Source: an uncultured delta proteobacterium (GTDB lineage Bacteria > Desulfobacterota > Syntrophia > Syntrophales > Smithellaceae). From it: a DNA stretch of 64,000 nucleotides. The translations under genes were made by a program, and so were the position numbers. Where the stretch lies: assembly GCA_963753975.1 (NCBI GenBank), contig CAVWEH010000005.1, positions 640,001-704,000 on the forward strand, given 5' to 3'. This document shows, piece by piece, positions 1 to 10,487 of this stretch; positions within the stretch are counted from its first letter, which is position 1; the number at the start of each line of letters is the position of its first letter. The notes under the pieces were generated by a model. That model was not told where the DNA came from, did not search any database, and was given only the letters and a program-made list of their open reading frames with translations.

Positions 1-50
1 ACATTATACAAATCTGGAAAAAGCTAAATGTGTAGGAGGAAATAGTAAAA

Positions 51-1343
51 ATGGACGAAGTTATCGATTTCGACAAATTTTATTTGACGGCACAGCGACA
101 CGCCAACGATCCGCACAATCTCGGCGCGCTTACCGATTTTAACGGTAACGCGAAAATCACGGGTCCCTGCGGCGACACGATGGAGTTTTGGCTTGACGTG
201 CAAAACGGAAAAATTAAAAAGGCATGGTTTATCACCGATGGCTGTGCTCCCTCACTGGCCAGCGGCAGTATAGCCACATGTCTGGCCGAAGGGAAGACTA
301 TTCCCGAAGCCAAAGCTGTAAGCCAGCAGGATATTCTCAAGGCGCTGGGCGGCCTACCGAAGGATTCCGAGCATTGCGCGCTGCTAGCTGTGAATACCTT
401 GAAAGCGGCCTGCGAGAATTATGAAAAGGGAGCGCAATCCAAGACAGGAAGCGTCAAGAGTAAAACCTGCGATACTTGTGGTGATTCTAGCTGTTCTGCA
501 TCCAAGCAAAACAAAGACGAATCTCCGGAAGAATTCGCGGATCGTCGCAGACTGCAAGCCAAACTTTGCCGTATCCGCCATAAAATTATCGTGCTTTCCG
601 GCAAAGGCGGCGTCGGCAAAAGCACCGTCGCGGTTAATCTGGCCACCGCGCTGGCGCTGGAAGGCCTGCGCGTGGGACTGCTAGATGTGGATATTCACGG
701 GCCAAGCATTCCCACTATGCTGGGACTCGAAAATGAAACCCTTCAGGGCAGTGACAGTGGATTGCTTCCGGTGGAACTGGGGAATATGAAAATCATGTCG
801 ATTGGCTTTCTACTGAAAAACCCCGACGATGCCATCATCTGGCGTGGTCCGATGAAAATGGGAGTGATCAAACAGTTTCTCACGGATGTGGAATGGGGCG
901 ATCTGGATTATCTTATTGTGGACGCTCCTCCGGGCACTGGCGACGAACCGCTTTCCATATGCCAATTAATTCAGCCATTGGATGGTGCGGTGATCGTCAC
1001 CACACCCCAGAAGGTGGCGGCGGTGGATGTGCGTAAATCCATCAGTTTCTGCAGGCAGGTCAACGTACCCGTGCTGGGCGTTATCGAAAACATGAGCGGT
1101 TTTGTCTGCCCGAAATGCGGCGAAATCACGCAAATATTTCCGGCTGGCAGCGGCAGAATAATAGCGGCGGATATGAAAGTTCCTTTCCTGGGGGCGATTC
1201 CGATGGATCCGAGCATTGCCCAGTCCGGTGATGACGGTCGCGCGTTTATAAATCATTACGCGTCCAGCGCGACGGCAAAGCTTATGCAGGACATCATCGA
1301 TCAGATTACAAACTTGGATAAAACAAATAAACTAAATTCATAA
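51..1343 (+). CDS. NifU/IscU N-terminal-like domain fused to Mrp/NBP35 (ApbC) Fe-S carrier ATPase
   Basis: N-terminal GPCGD...GC...HCA scaffold Cys pattern; SGKGGVGKST deviant Walker A; DAPPGTGD, ENMS and CPKC Mrp motifs; RBS AGGAGG. Confidence 0.9.
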   Translation: MDEVIDFDKFYLTAQRHANDPHNLGALTDFNGNAKITGPCGDTMEFWLDVQNGKIKKAWFITDGCAPSLASGSIATCLAEGKTIPEAKAVSQQDILKALGGLPKDSEHCALLAVNTLKAACENYEKGAQSKTGSVKSKTCDTCGDSSCSASKQNKDESPEEFADRRRLQAKLCRIRHKIIVLSGKGGVGKSTVAVNLATALALEGLRVGLLDVDIHGPSIPTMLGLENETLQGSDSGLLPVELGNMKIMSIGFLLKNPDDAIIWRGPMKMGVIKQFLTDVEWGDLDYLIVDAPPGTGDEPLSICQLIQPLDGAVIVTTPQKVAAVDVRKSISFCRQVNVPVLGVIENMSGFVCPKCGEITQIFPAGSGRIIAADMKVPFLGAIPMDPSIAQSGDDGRAFINHYASSATAKLMQDIIDQITNLDKTNKLNS

Positions 1344-1355
1344 GGAGGAAATACC

Positions 1356-1694
1356 ATGAAAGTTGCAATACCGTTAGCCGAAGGAAAGTTGACCACGCAT
1401 TTTGGACACTGTGCGAGTTTCGCCATCATCGAAGTTGACGACAAAACCAAGAAAATTTTAAAACGCGAAGACATTGCTGCGCCTGAGCATCAGCCCGGTC
1501 TTTTGCCGCCCTGGCTGGCCGAACGCGGCGCAAATGTGATCATTGCCGGCGGCATGGGCAGCCGCGCACAGGAATTGTTCGCCGCACAAGGTATAAAGGT
1601 TCTTGTTGGCGCTGGTGCGGAGACGCCGGAAAAACTGGTCAACGATTACCTGGCTGGCACGCTGCAAGCCGGCGAAAATGTCTGCGATCACTAA
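1356..1694 (+). CDS. NifB/NifX family (FeMo-cofactor-binding domain) protein
   Basis: MKVAIP...HFGHC...IAGGMG...CDH pattern; RBS AAGGAGG. Confidence 0.85.
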   Translation: MKVAIPLAEGKLTTHFGHCASFAIIEVDDKTKKILKREDIAAPEHQPGLLPPWLAERGANVIIAGGMGSRAQELFAAQGIKVLVGAGAETPEKLVNDYLAGTLQAGENVCDH

Positions 1695-1715
1695 GATCAA
1701 AGGAGAATCAACGCT

Positions 1716-2669
1716 ATGGCGAAAACGACATTAAGCGCTGTGGACAAAGTCAAGATTCTGACCTTGCAGGACAACTATATCGAAATGACGGCGATGGACA
1801 ACAGCGCTCTCATTTCGCGCGCCATGCCGCTTAAAGAAGGAGAAATACGTGCCTCCATTTTGGCGGAGCACGGTTTTTCGGCGCTGGTCAAAACCACGGC
1901 GGAGGGCAAAACGCACACGCTGCTTTTTGACTTTGGATTTTCCGAAGACGGGGCAGCCAAAAACGCGGCCACGCTGGGATTCAACATGCATGAGGTTGAA
2001 GCAGCGGCTCTGTCCCACGGACACAGTGATCACACCGGCGGCATGAAAAAACTCACCGGTCTTATCGGTAAAAAAGATATTCCCTTTGTTGCGCATCCAT
2101 CCGCTTTTAAATTTCCCCGTTATTTAAAATTTAGCGAGGAACTCAAAATCAACTTCCCTAAATTGACGCGGGAAATGGTTGAGTCTTTGGGGTATCGTGT
2201 CATCGAATCCGCAAATCCTTATCCGCTTGTCGACAATACAATTCTTTTTTTGGGAGAAATCCCGCGCCAAACGGATTTTGAAAAAGGCTTTCCCATTGCC
2301 CACTGGCAGAAAGACGGAAAAGAACTGTGGGATGCCATTGAAGACGACACGTCTATTGTCATGCATCTGAAAGACAAAGGACTGGTTATTCTTTACGGAT
2401 GCGCGCATGCGGGTATCGTGAACACGGTTCAATACGCGGTGGAGGTCACCGGTATCGACAGGGTTCATGCGGTCATGGGCGGGTTTCACCTCTCCGGATC
2501 GTTTTTTGAACCGATTATTGACCGCACCACCGAGGAGCTTCAGAAATTTCATCCGGCCTATGTGATCCCGATGCACTGCACAGGCCGTAAGGCCATCATG
2601 GCGATGGAAAAACAAATGCCGGACCAATTTATTTTAAATATGGCGGGAACGAAACTCACCTTCACCTGA
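1716..2669 (+). CDS. MBL-fold metallo-hydrolase
   Basis: AEHGFS, LSHGHSDHTGG, GCAHAG, GGFHL and PMHCTG motifs. Confidence 0.9.
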   Translation: MAKTTLSAVDKVKILTLQDNYIEMTAMDNSALISRAMPLKEGEIRASILAEHGFSALVKTTAEGKTHTLLFDFGFSEDGAAKNAATLGFNMHEVEAAALSHGHSDHTGGMKKLTGLIGKKDIPFVAHPSAFKFPRYLKFSEELKINFPKLTREMVESLGYRVIESANPYPLVDNTILFLGEIPRQTDFEKGFPIAHWQKDGKELWDAIEDDTSIVMHLKDKGLVILYGCAHAGIVNTVQYAVEVTGIDRVHAVMGGFHLSGSFFEPIIDRTTEELQKFHPAYVIPMHCTGRKAIMAMEKQMPDQFILNMAGTKLTFT

Positions 2670-2801
2670 AAATTCGTGAAGCGCGCCAGCCCGGCAGGGA
2701 ACCCCGGCGTATGCCTGGGCATGCCCGGTGAAACGTATTTCGTAAAGCGTAAATTGAACGAAACATACTTCCGCTTGAACAATTACAAACAAGGAGATTT
2801 C

Positions 2802-3296
2802 ATGGAGAAAAAAGCGTTTCAGGATTACTACCCAGACCATTTTAGCTATTGTTACGGTTGCGGCCGCCTCAATGAAAATGGCCTTAGAATAAAAAGCTAT
2901 TGGGACGGAGATGAATCCGTTTGCATTTATGAGCCGAAAGATTATCATGCGGCTGTTCCCGGTTACGTGTACGGAGGGCTGATTGCTTCGCTTATCGACT
3001 GCCATAGTATGGGAACTGCCGCAGCCGCGAAATACCGTGCCCAAAACCGCGAGATGGATACACTGCCTGCTTTGCGCTTTCTCACGGCGTCTTTGCATGT
3101 GGACTATCTCCTGCCTACACCGCTGGGCGGGCCTCTGGAGATTCGTGGCCGGGTCAAGGTGATTAAGGGACGCAGGATCATCGTGGAAGCATGGGTGATA
3201 GCGGACGGCAAAATCTGCGCGCGGGGTGAAGTAACCGCCGTTCAAGTACCCGAGCATTTGACACCCGCTGATCGAAAAATGTCCTCATTGATTTAG
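2802..3296 (+). CDS. PaaI/hotdog-fold thioesterase
   Basis: CYGCG, GYVYGGLIASLIDCH, TASLHVDYL; start set at the ATG after AAGGAG. Confidence 0.85.
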   Translation: MEKKAFQDYYPDHFSYCYGCGRLNENGLRIKSYWDGDESVCIYEPKDYHAAVPGYVYGGLIASLIDCHSMGTAAAAKYRAQNREMDTLPALRFLTASLHVDYLLPTPLGGPLEIRGRVKVIKGRRIIVEAWVIADGKICARGEVTAVQVPEHLTPADRKMSSLI

Positions 3297-3396
3297 ATCA
3301 ATGTAATAATATTTGCAGACTGTTATCATTTGAATTTAAAAGACCGAGGTTTTATGAGCGATCTCTAAAATATTTCTAAAAGATAAGGAGAAAAAA

Positions 3397-3882
3397 ATGG
3401 AATACAGCATTATGCTTTTTATGTCGGGACTCATTGCTGGGATATTATTGACAGCCGTTATTGTTTGGCTGTCAATGCCTAAGATGATGTTGGTGACACA
3501 TCAGAGCAGGTATCAGAGTGTTGAGGAGACTTGCCAGCAACTCAAAACCGCTATTGAAGCTAATGGATGGTCGTGTCCTGCAATACGTGACATGAATATG
3601 ACAATGTCCAAACAGGGTGTTCAAATGGACAGACGGGTAATGATCGTAGAGTTATGCAAGGCGGAGTATGCTAAGGATGTTCTGTCCACGAATCCGGAGG
3701 TGTCTACACTCATGCCCTGCGCATGGGGCGTTTATGAAGGAGACGATGGAAACGTTTATATTACGGGAATGAATATGGGCCTTATGGGAAAAATGTTCGG
3801 AGGAAATATAGCCAAAGTTATGGGAGCTTCAGTGGCAAAGGATGAAAAGCGAATGCTTAAGGACATTATTAGAGTAGTATAG
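3397..3882 (+). CDS. DUF302 domain protein with N-terminal membrane anchor
   Basis: IVELC...LMPC motif; hydrophobic N-terminus; RBS AAGGAG. Confidence 0.75.
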   Translation: MEYSIMLFMSGLIAGILLTAVIVWLSMPKMMLVTHQSRYQSVEETCQQLKTAIEANGWSCPAIRDMNMTMSKQGVQMDRRVMIVELCKAEYAKDVLSTNPEVSTLMPCAWGVYEGDDGNVYITGMNMGLMGKMFGGNIAKVMGASVAKDEKRMLKDIIRVV

Positions 3883-4019
3883 CAGCAAATTTGGAGAGGT
3901 GCATAGAACTCTTTACAATAACGCGGTGCCGCACATTATCGGAGAGAATATATATTTGTTGGAAACAATTATTTCTATAAGAAAAGCAACTAAAATGTTT
4001 AAGAACACAGGAGGAACAT

Positions 4020-5725
4020 ATGACAAAAAGAAAAAGAATTGTAGTGATCGGCGGCTCAGCTGCTGGCCCCAAGGCGGCGGCAAAAGCCAGAAGAATCGAC
4101 AACGATGCGGAAGTTGTCATTCTGCAAAAAGATGCGGATCTTTCCATGGCGTCCTGCGGTTATCCTTATTATGTCGGCGGATATTTCAATGACCGCAACA
4201 TGCTTTTGTGCACGCCCACGGGCGTTGTTCGAAATCCGATGTTTTATCTCAACGCCAAGGACATCGACGCACGAGTAAACACGGAAGTCACAGCCATCGA
4301 CCGGAAAAACCATTCCGTTTCGTTTCAAAAATATTGTGACCGGCGAAACCGGCACCATTGACTTATGACAAACTCGTCATCGCCACCGGTTCCGTCCCGC
4401 AAATGCCGCCGGTGCCCGGCGTGGAACTCGAAGGCATTACCACCCTGCAATCCATGAAAGACGCCGACTTTCTGCGCAAAGTCCGCGACGAAGGAAAAAT
4501 CAAAAAAGCCGTCGTCATCGGCGGCGGGCTGATCGGCATCGAAACCTGCGAAGCCCTGCAACTGGCGGGTATCGAAATCACGGTGATTGAACTTTTGCCT
4601 CAGCTGCTCACGTTTCTGGACTGGGAACTGGCCAAACTCGTGGAAAACCATGTCAGGAGCAAAGGCGCCAATGTCATCACGGACAACGGCATTGCCGAAT
4701 TCCTCGGTGAAAACGGCAAACTGACGGCGGTCAAACTGCAAAACGGCACGGAACTGCCCTGTGAACTGGCGGTTGTGGCCATCGGCGTCTATCCCAACGT
4801 CAAACTGGCCAAAGAAGCTGGTCTGAAAATCGGCGAATCTGGGCGGCATTGATGTCAATGAATATATGCAGACTTCCGATCCGGATATCTATGCCGTCGG
4901 CGACTGCGTGGAAACGGTCAACAGAATTACCGGTAAAAAAGTGCTCGCGCCCTACGGCGATCTGGCCAACCTTCAGGGACGTGTGGCGGGAGAAAACGCC
5001 GCTTCGAAAAACTGCGTGACATTTCCCGGAACGATTCAAACCGGCATCTGCAAGGTCTTCGATTATGCGGCAGGCTCCACCGGACTTTCCGAAACAGCGG
5101 CAAAAAGACTCGGATATTCAGATATCATCACGGTCATCAACGCCAGCCCCGACAAGCCGGGGTTTATGGAAGGAAAGCTTCTGGTCACCAAGCTCATTGC
5201 CGATACAGAAAACAGGCAGAGTGTTGGGCGCTCAGTGCATCGGTCCCGGCAATGTCAGCAAGCAAATCGCCCAGTGGGCAATGGCCATCCAGGGAAAACT
5301 GACCGTTGAAGATATCATCAATGCGGATCTGCCCTATGCGCCGCCTTTTTCTCTGGCTATCGATCACTTCATCGCCACGGCGCACATTATGCAGAATAAA
5401 ATGAAAGGCAGGCTGAAGGGCATTAGTTGCAAGGAAGTACAACGAGAAAGTGCTAAACAATGAAAAACCTTTCCTCATCGACACGAGAGGGCCGGAAGAA
5501 TTCGAGGAAATGCGCCTGGGCATCGGCGAGACGCTTATTCCCCTGGGCGCGCTGCGCAAGCGATTGAAGGAACTTCCCGAAGATAAGAACAAGGAAATCA
5601 TCTGCTACTGCAAGATTTCACTGCGCGGCTACGAAGCGGCGCTGGCGCTGGAAGGCAATGGATGGAAAAACGTCAAGGTCATGGAAGGCGGCATCATGGC
5701 CTGGCCGTATCCGAGGGAAAAATAG
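4020..5725 (+). CDS. CoA-disulfide/persulfide reductase-rhodanese fusion (CoADR-RHD/Npsr-like), interrupted by about 5 single-base insertions (sequencing error or pseudogene)
   Basis: Five consecutive ORF fragments carry IVVIGGSAAG, SMASCGYPY, VIGGGLIG, YAVGDC, DLPYAPPFS and a C-terminal rhodanese CYCKISLRG; every junction is a +1 shift (about 4323, 4356, 4843, 5210, 5445). Confidence 0.85.
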
Positions 5726-5766
5726 ATCATGAATGAGATGCCCCTGAAAAGCAAATAGCCAGTTCT

Positions 5767-5967
5767 ATGATTTTGCTGGATGCCATCTCGCGGTGGCCCA
5801 CGACTGAGACGGTCTTTCGCCGGTATGACGAAGCGGCAGGTGTTTGCCTGTGCTGCACCTGCTTCTTCGATACGATCGAAGATATTACCGACAAATATCA
5901 TCTCGACGTTGCCGGGTTTATGCGCGATATCGAGGATGCCGCAGCAGGAAAAAAGCCGTTCGTGTAA
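5767..5967 (+). CDS. small Cys-containing protein (DUF1858-like); true start possibly 5729 across an indel
   Basis: MILLDAISRWPTTETVF...CLCCTCFFDTIE pattern; operonic position. Confidence 0.5.
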   Translation: MILLDAISRWPTTETVFRRYDEAAGVCLCCTCFFDTIEDITDKYHLDVAGFMRDIEDAAAGKKPFV

Positions 5968-6017
5968 CGTCTTTTGATTAAACAGAAATTAAGCCTTTTT
6001 TAAAAGGAGGAAATAAT

Positions 6018-6911
6018 ATGAAAAAAAATATTTTCTCAAAAATCCCTCTGATTATTTTTCTCCTCTTGCTGCCTTGCGCGGGTGGGGCAAGAGAAATCGC
6101 GCCGATTGTCTCCGCCGACTGGCTTCTGACCAATCTCAAAAATCCAAAATTGATTATTCTCGATGTCCGCCGGGTGGAAGACTACCGCGAGGGACACATC
6201 CCGAAAGCGCTCAGTGCCTTTTACGGTGCATGGGCATATAAAAAAGATGGTCTTTTTGCAGAGATCCCTGATCTGGACGACCTCAATGACACCATCGGCT
6301 ACGCAGGCATCAGCCAGGATTCCTGGGTTGTGGTCACAGGCAAAGTGGACACACCCCGGTTGAGCTATCAAAGCGCCCGGGTGGCCTGTACGCTGCAATA
6401 CGCTGGTTTGGTGAATGTGGCGCTCCTCGACGGCGGCATGAACAAGTGGATCGCGGATAAAAAGCCTCTATCCACAGACATTGTCCGCACGAAAGAAACC
6501 CCCTTCCAGGGAAAATATCGAAAGGGGCACTTTGCCGATAAGGATTATATTAAGAGCCGACTGGGCAAGATCGTTCTGCTGGATGTCCGCGAACCCGAAT
6601 ATTTCACCGGCAAGAAGAAGATGGACTGTGTCCCCCAAAGGGGAAGAATTCCGGGTGCCTTTAATCTACCTACCTCCTGCGCCTTTAATAAAGACGGCAC
6701 GTTCAAGACTAAAGAGGGGTTGGCTGTGATTGCTGAGGCCGCTGCGAATAAAGATAGATCAAAGGAAATCGTCACCTACTGTGACATCGGTCAGTGCTGC
6801 CCGGTATGGTCATACCTGCTTGCCGAAGTATTGGGCTACACCAATGTCCGGCTTTATGTCGGTTCCATGCAGGAATGGATGCAGGACCCAAATGCGCCCG
6901 TTACGCGCTGA
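6018..6911 (+). CDS. exported tandem-domain rhodanese/sulfurtransferase
   Basis: Signal peptide; ILDVR...GHIP, LLDGG, GRIPGA, YCDIG active-site Cys and LYVGSMQEW. Confidence 0.9.
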   Translation: MKKNIFSKIPLIIFLLLLPCAGGAREIAPIVSADWLLTNLKNPKLIILDVRRVEDYREGHIPKALSAFYGAWAYKKDGLFAEIPDLDDLNDTIGYAGISQDSWVVVTGKVDTPRLSYQSARVACTLQYAGLVNVALLDGGMNKWIADKKPLSTDIVRTKETPFQGKYRKGHFADKDYIKSRLGKIVLLDVREPEYFTGKKKMDCVPQRGRIPGAFNLPTSCAFNKDGTFKTKEGLAVIAEAAANKDRSKEIVTYCDIGQCCPVWSYLLAEVLGYTNVRLYVGSMQEWMQDPNAPVTR

Positions 6912-7297
6912 ATTTATCAGGTACAATCTGAACCTAATATTCTTCCCATCTGGTGGGCAAGGTCTGGGGGAGTTTGGAAAACAAGCATGGTGTTCGATTA
7001 AATCACGGGTATGACCCCCAAAACAAGCTTTGGAAATCAATTTTGCAACAAGCTGCGGGGTATGATATTCTCTGCTTCGCGGGATTATTCAACTGACCAA
7101 TTCTGACGTGCGACTTTTAGGTTATGCGCTTCGCTTTCGGAATTAGAGTTTCACGAATAAATCCAAAAATAGCCGGCGGGCGGCGGTTAAGTGAACTGCT
7201 TGCCGCTTACAGATGCATTTTATGTAAGCTATTTTTTTGGACACGGAAGAGGTTTTTCTTATCATTTTGAAAATATTTTTTATTAGGAGGTAAGTCC

Positions 7298-8002
7298 ATG
7301 AACATCGGTGACTTGGACAAAACTTTTCATTTCATTATAAAGCGTATGGTGGAAACCGGGCGAGCTCCCCACTACACGGAAATAGCGAAAGAACTGGGCG
7401 TCTCCATGGAGGAGGGGCGGAAGATCATGCAAGAGCTTTTTACCAAGAGGGTGCCGGGATGGCTTGCTCCAAGTACGGATTTCATCGCTTCGTTCGCGCC
7501 ATTTAACAGTCAACCTACTCAGTTTCGCATCACTATCGAAGGCCGGCAGAAATGGTTTGGCCAATGAGCATTCGAATCGCTGGCGGTCTGCTGGCTTTTC
7601 CCGGGTAAAAAGGTAGAAATTGATACCCCTTGTCTTGATTGTGGGGAACCCATTCATGTGGAGATTCGAGATGGGATGATCTTGAAGGCCGAGCCAAAGG
7701 AGATAATCGGATATGTAGCTGTTCCATTTGCCAAGTGGGCTCAAGATACAAGCTATGCCTGAACGACCATGACTTTCTTCCGGTCGGAAGAACATCTTCG
7801 CAACTGGGCGCTCTTTAAGCCCGATACTGAGGAGGGGATTATTCCACTGCCTGACTTACTCAAACTCTTTTCCGGCAAAATGTTTCGCCGGAGAATGGAC
7901 CCCGACTATCTTTCCCGCATGCGGGAATATGGCCTGGATTTTTGGACAACTCTTCAAGAAATCGGCAAGGTCGGCCCTTTCTGGTCGCTGAAGAAATCAT
8001 AA
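7298..8002 (+). CDS. MerB (organomercurial lyase)-like selenoprotein, 234 aa, Sec90 and Sec155
   Basis: ORFs 7298 and 7769 are in the same frame, separated only by TGA 7565-7567 and TGA 7760-7762. Readthrough gives KWFGQ-U-AFE...TPCLDCGEPI...YA-U-TTMTFFRSEE, matching MerB W-C-ALD / C...G / C-xx-vHFF. Both TGAs have SECIS-like hairpins. Confidence 0.88.
7579..7595 (+). other. SECIS-like hairpin (first Sec of the MerB-like gene)
   Basis: GCUGGC-GGUCU-GCUGGC, 11 nt after UGA; resembles the E. coli fdhF SECIS apex. Confidence 0.8.
7775..7792 (+). other. SECIS-like hairpin (second Sec of the MerB-like gene)
   Basis: UUCUUCC-GGUC-GGAAGAA, perfect 7-bp stem 12 nt after UGA. Confidence 0.8.
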
Positions 8003-8074
8003 TCGCCTGCTCGTCCGCCGGTCGGCAATCCGGTCGGCGGATGCAGGGATTGAAAAAATAAATGGAGGTCTTTA

Positions 8075-9106
8075 ATGTATGCCTTGAAATTTAAAGAAAG
8101 AGTTTGCGCTACCTGTCCTTCGGCCGACTGTCTCCTGAAGTGCCAGTACATGTCCTTTAGCGGACATAAAGAAGCGCATAAGGAGATGATGAAGGTTGTT
8201 CGCGGTGAGGATTCCCGCATATTGCGCGAGTGTACGACTTGTTATGCCTGCGAGGAATATTGCAGAAGAAGAAATCATCCCTTTTATCTCATCAGTGAAC
8301 GCCGGGAAGAAAAAGGCATGTTCACCGCGCCCCGCCCCATCACCAATCAGTGGATTAATATGACCAAGATGCAGGGCAAATATATGGTCGGCCAGGTGAA
8401 GGACAAGGTGCTTTCCTGCTGCTACATTCCTGCTCTGGGGATGCTGGGGCAAGGGGAAATTTTCAAGGACGTCGCAACGGCTGCCGCTTTCGGCGCGGAA
8501 TTCATGTGTCCCGCCGTCCACACTCATTTTGCCCGCATGGCGGTTATCAAAGAGCGCCTTCCTGTCGTCATTGAAAATTTTAAGAAATTAGGCGCAAAAG
8601 AGGTTATCTGCCTGCATGATGAATGCTACGGCACCTTTACTTCCATTGCCTCCGCTTACGGAATTCACGTTCCGTTTAAGCCGGTTTATTACATGGATTT
8701 TTTATTGGAAAAAATGAAAGAACTCAAAGGCAGGATCAAGCCGCTTAATATTAAAGCCGCTTATCAACGTCCCTGCTCCAACAGGCTCATTCCGGATAAA
8801 CTGCCCCTGGTGAAAAAAATCCTGAATTTAATCGGGGTCAAACTGCCCAAGAGGATATATCAGGATGAGAATTGTCTTTGCTGCGGAGAAATTATCCGGT
8901 CTGTTTCCGGCTACAAACTGGCGGATGATGTGCAAAAAAGAAATATAGACGATATGCTCGAAAGCGGTGCCGAGTATTGCGTTTTCAACTGTCCGGCTTG
9001 TCAGTCATCGCTGTCGGAGAAGGTTATCAAGAAAGGGTTGAAGCCGATCCATATTATTGATCTGTGCAAGATGGCCATTGGTGAAAAGGAAAGGGAGGTG
9101 AAGTAA
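8075..9106 (+). CDS. (Fe-S)-binding CCG-domain protein (HdrD/GlpC family)
   Basis: CATC...C...C, CTTCYACEEYC, YQRPC, LCCG, NCPAC. Confidence 0.85.
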   Translation: MYALKFKERVCATCPSADCLLKCQYMSFSGHKEAHKEMMKVVRGEDSRILRECTTCYACEEYCRRRNHPFYLISERREEKGMFTAPRPITNQWINMTKMQGKYMVGQVKDKVLSCCYIPALGMLGQGEIFKDVATAAAFGAEFMCPAVHTHFARMAVIKERLPVVIENFKKLGAKEVICLHDECYGTFTSIASAYGIHVPFKPVYYMDFLLEKMKELKGRIKPLNIKAAYQRPCSNRLIPDKLPLVKKILNLIGVKLPKRIYQDENCLCCGEIIRSVSGYKLADDVQKRNIDDMLESGAEYCVFNCPACQSSLSEKVIKKGLKPIHIIDLCKMAIGEKEREVK

Positions 9107-9107
9107 G

Positions 9108-10487
9108 ATGAGCGACATCCTGAAATCGCTAATCGATATCGTTGGAGAAAAAGGTGTTTCCAATACGCCTGAAGAGCTTTGGTTCTACTCGCGTGACCCC
9201 GGAGTTTTGACACCACATCTCCCCGACTACGTAGTGGCGCCTAAAACAACGGAGGAAGTGCAGAAGATCGTTTTGCTTGCCAACAGGGAAAAAATTCCCA
9301 TTGTGCCCATGGGAAACGGCATGTCCCTGACTGGTCTGGTGATCCCGTTGAGGGGCGGCATCGTTCTGGACATGAAGCGGATGAACAAAATTCTGGAGGT
9401 AAATCAAATGGCCCGCTACGCCGTGGTGGAAGGGGGAACATCGCAGGGTGTTCTCAAAGCCTACCTGCAGGATCACCATCCTCAACTACGCCACAGCATA
9501 CCCGACGCGCCGCCGGCGACAACCATCGCCGCAAATGCCGCTCTCCACGGCCAGGGCCGCCTGACCCAGCAATATGGTTTCAACTCCGATATGGTCACGG
9601 GCATGGAGGTTGTCCTGCCCACGGGCGAAGTCTGTTTGATCGGCTCTCCCTCATTGGGCCCTTACTGGTTTTCGAAGGGGCCCACGCTGCCCGACCTTTC
9701 CGGCCTCTTTCTCGGCTGGCTGGGAACGACAGGCATCATCACCAAAATCGGCCTTCGCCTCTACCCGAATAAAAAGATTCGGGACGTAGAGTTATTCGTG
9801 ACCGATCGGGTGGACATGATCCCCGACATCCTTTATAAGCTTACTCACCTGGAAATCCTGGAAGACGTGAACGTCTGGTTTCAGCCCAAACCCCTTGTGT
9901 TTCAGGGCAATTTTCACATCACCATCTTCTTTACGGGAGATACAGATGAGGAGATCGTTTTTAAGCGGCATATGATCTGGGATGCCCTGCAGGAGTATAT
10001 GGATTCCAAAGACGGAGGTTTCATGGGCGTCCAGTACATGAAAAATATGCTATTGGAGATGCCGAGCCGGGGGGTCGCCGATTTTGCCGATGTTCCGAAA
10101 GGCGGCGGATTTGAGTATTCAGGACCGATAACCATCATCGAACACTTCCCTCGCTACGCGGCCAAGGTTGTTGAACTGGCGAAGAAATACGACGTCCTGT
10201 ATGCCAGCGCGGCCCGTCTCATCTCCGGCGGGCATTGTATGATGTTCAGCATCTCTTTTGCCTTCAATCGCAATGACCCGGCTATGATGGAGCGAGTGAA
10301 GCACGCCCTGGACGAGGCCATGGCCTTCGCCTTGGAAATGGGCGGCATTCCCTGGAAACCGAATTTTGTAGAGCAGAAAATGACTCTGGAGAAAATGGAC
10401 CCCACGGCCCGGAAGCTCCTTCATATGATCAAGAAGAACCTGGATCCTCAGGGCATCATGAATCCCGGCAATTGGGAGGTAAACTAA
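9108..10487 (+). CDS. FAD-binding oxidoreductase (GlcD/D-2-hydroxyacid dehydrogenase family)
   Basis: PDYVVAP...GNGMSLTG, GMEVVLPTGE, GTTGIITK, C-terminal DPQGIMNPG. Confidence 0.9.
   Translation: MSDILKSLIDIVGEKGVSNTPEELWFYSRDPGVLTPHLPDYVVAPKTTEEVQKIVLLANREKIPIVPMGNGMSLTGLVIPLRGGIVLDMKRMNKILEVNQMARYAVVEGGTSQGVLKAYLQDHHPQLRHSIPDAPPATTIAANAALHGQGRLTQQYGFNSDMVTGMEVVLPTGEVCLIGSPSLGPYWFSKGPTLPDLSGLFLGWLGTTGIITKIGLRLYPNKKIRDVELFVTDRVDMIPDILYKLTHLEILEDVNVWFQPKPLVFQGNFHITIFFTGDTDEEIVFKRHMIWDALQEYMDSKDGGFMGVQYMKNMLLEMPSRGVADFADVPKGGGFEYSGPITIIEHFPRYAAKVVELAKKYDVLYASAARLISGGHCMMFSISFAFNRNDPAMMERVKHALDEAMAFALEMGGIPWKPNFVEQKMTLEKMDPTARKLLHMIKKNLDPQGIMNPGNWEVN

Noticed and set aside
2667..2760. TGA stop of the MBL hydrolase followed by GC-rich hairpins (possible Sec readthrough into the thioesterase frame)
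   Set aside because: The protein ends at a normal family C-terminus, the TGA is not at a Cys position, and the thioesterase has its own RBS at 2802.
6909..6911. TGA ending the first rhodanese as possible Sec
   Set aside because: The paralog ends at the same position with TAA, and no SECIS-like stem follows.
7000..7090. ACAAGCTGCGGGGTAT motif reminiscent of IS200/IS605-end or REP-like palindromes
   Set aside because: Only one degenerate arm is visible and there is no transposase.
7283..7795. 170-aa minus-strand ORF
   Set aside because: It is the antisense shadow of the MerB-like selenoprotein gene.
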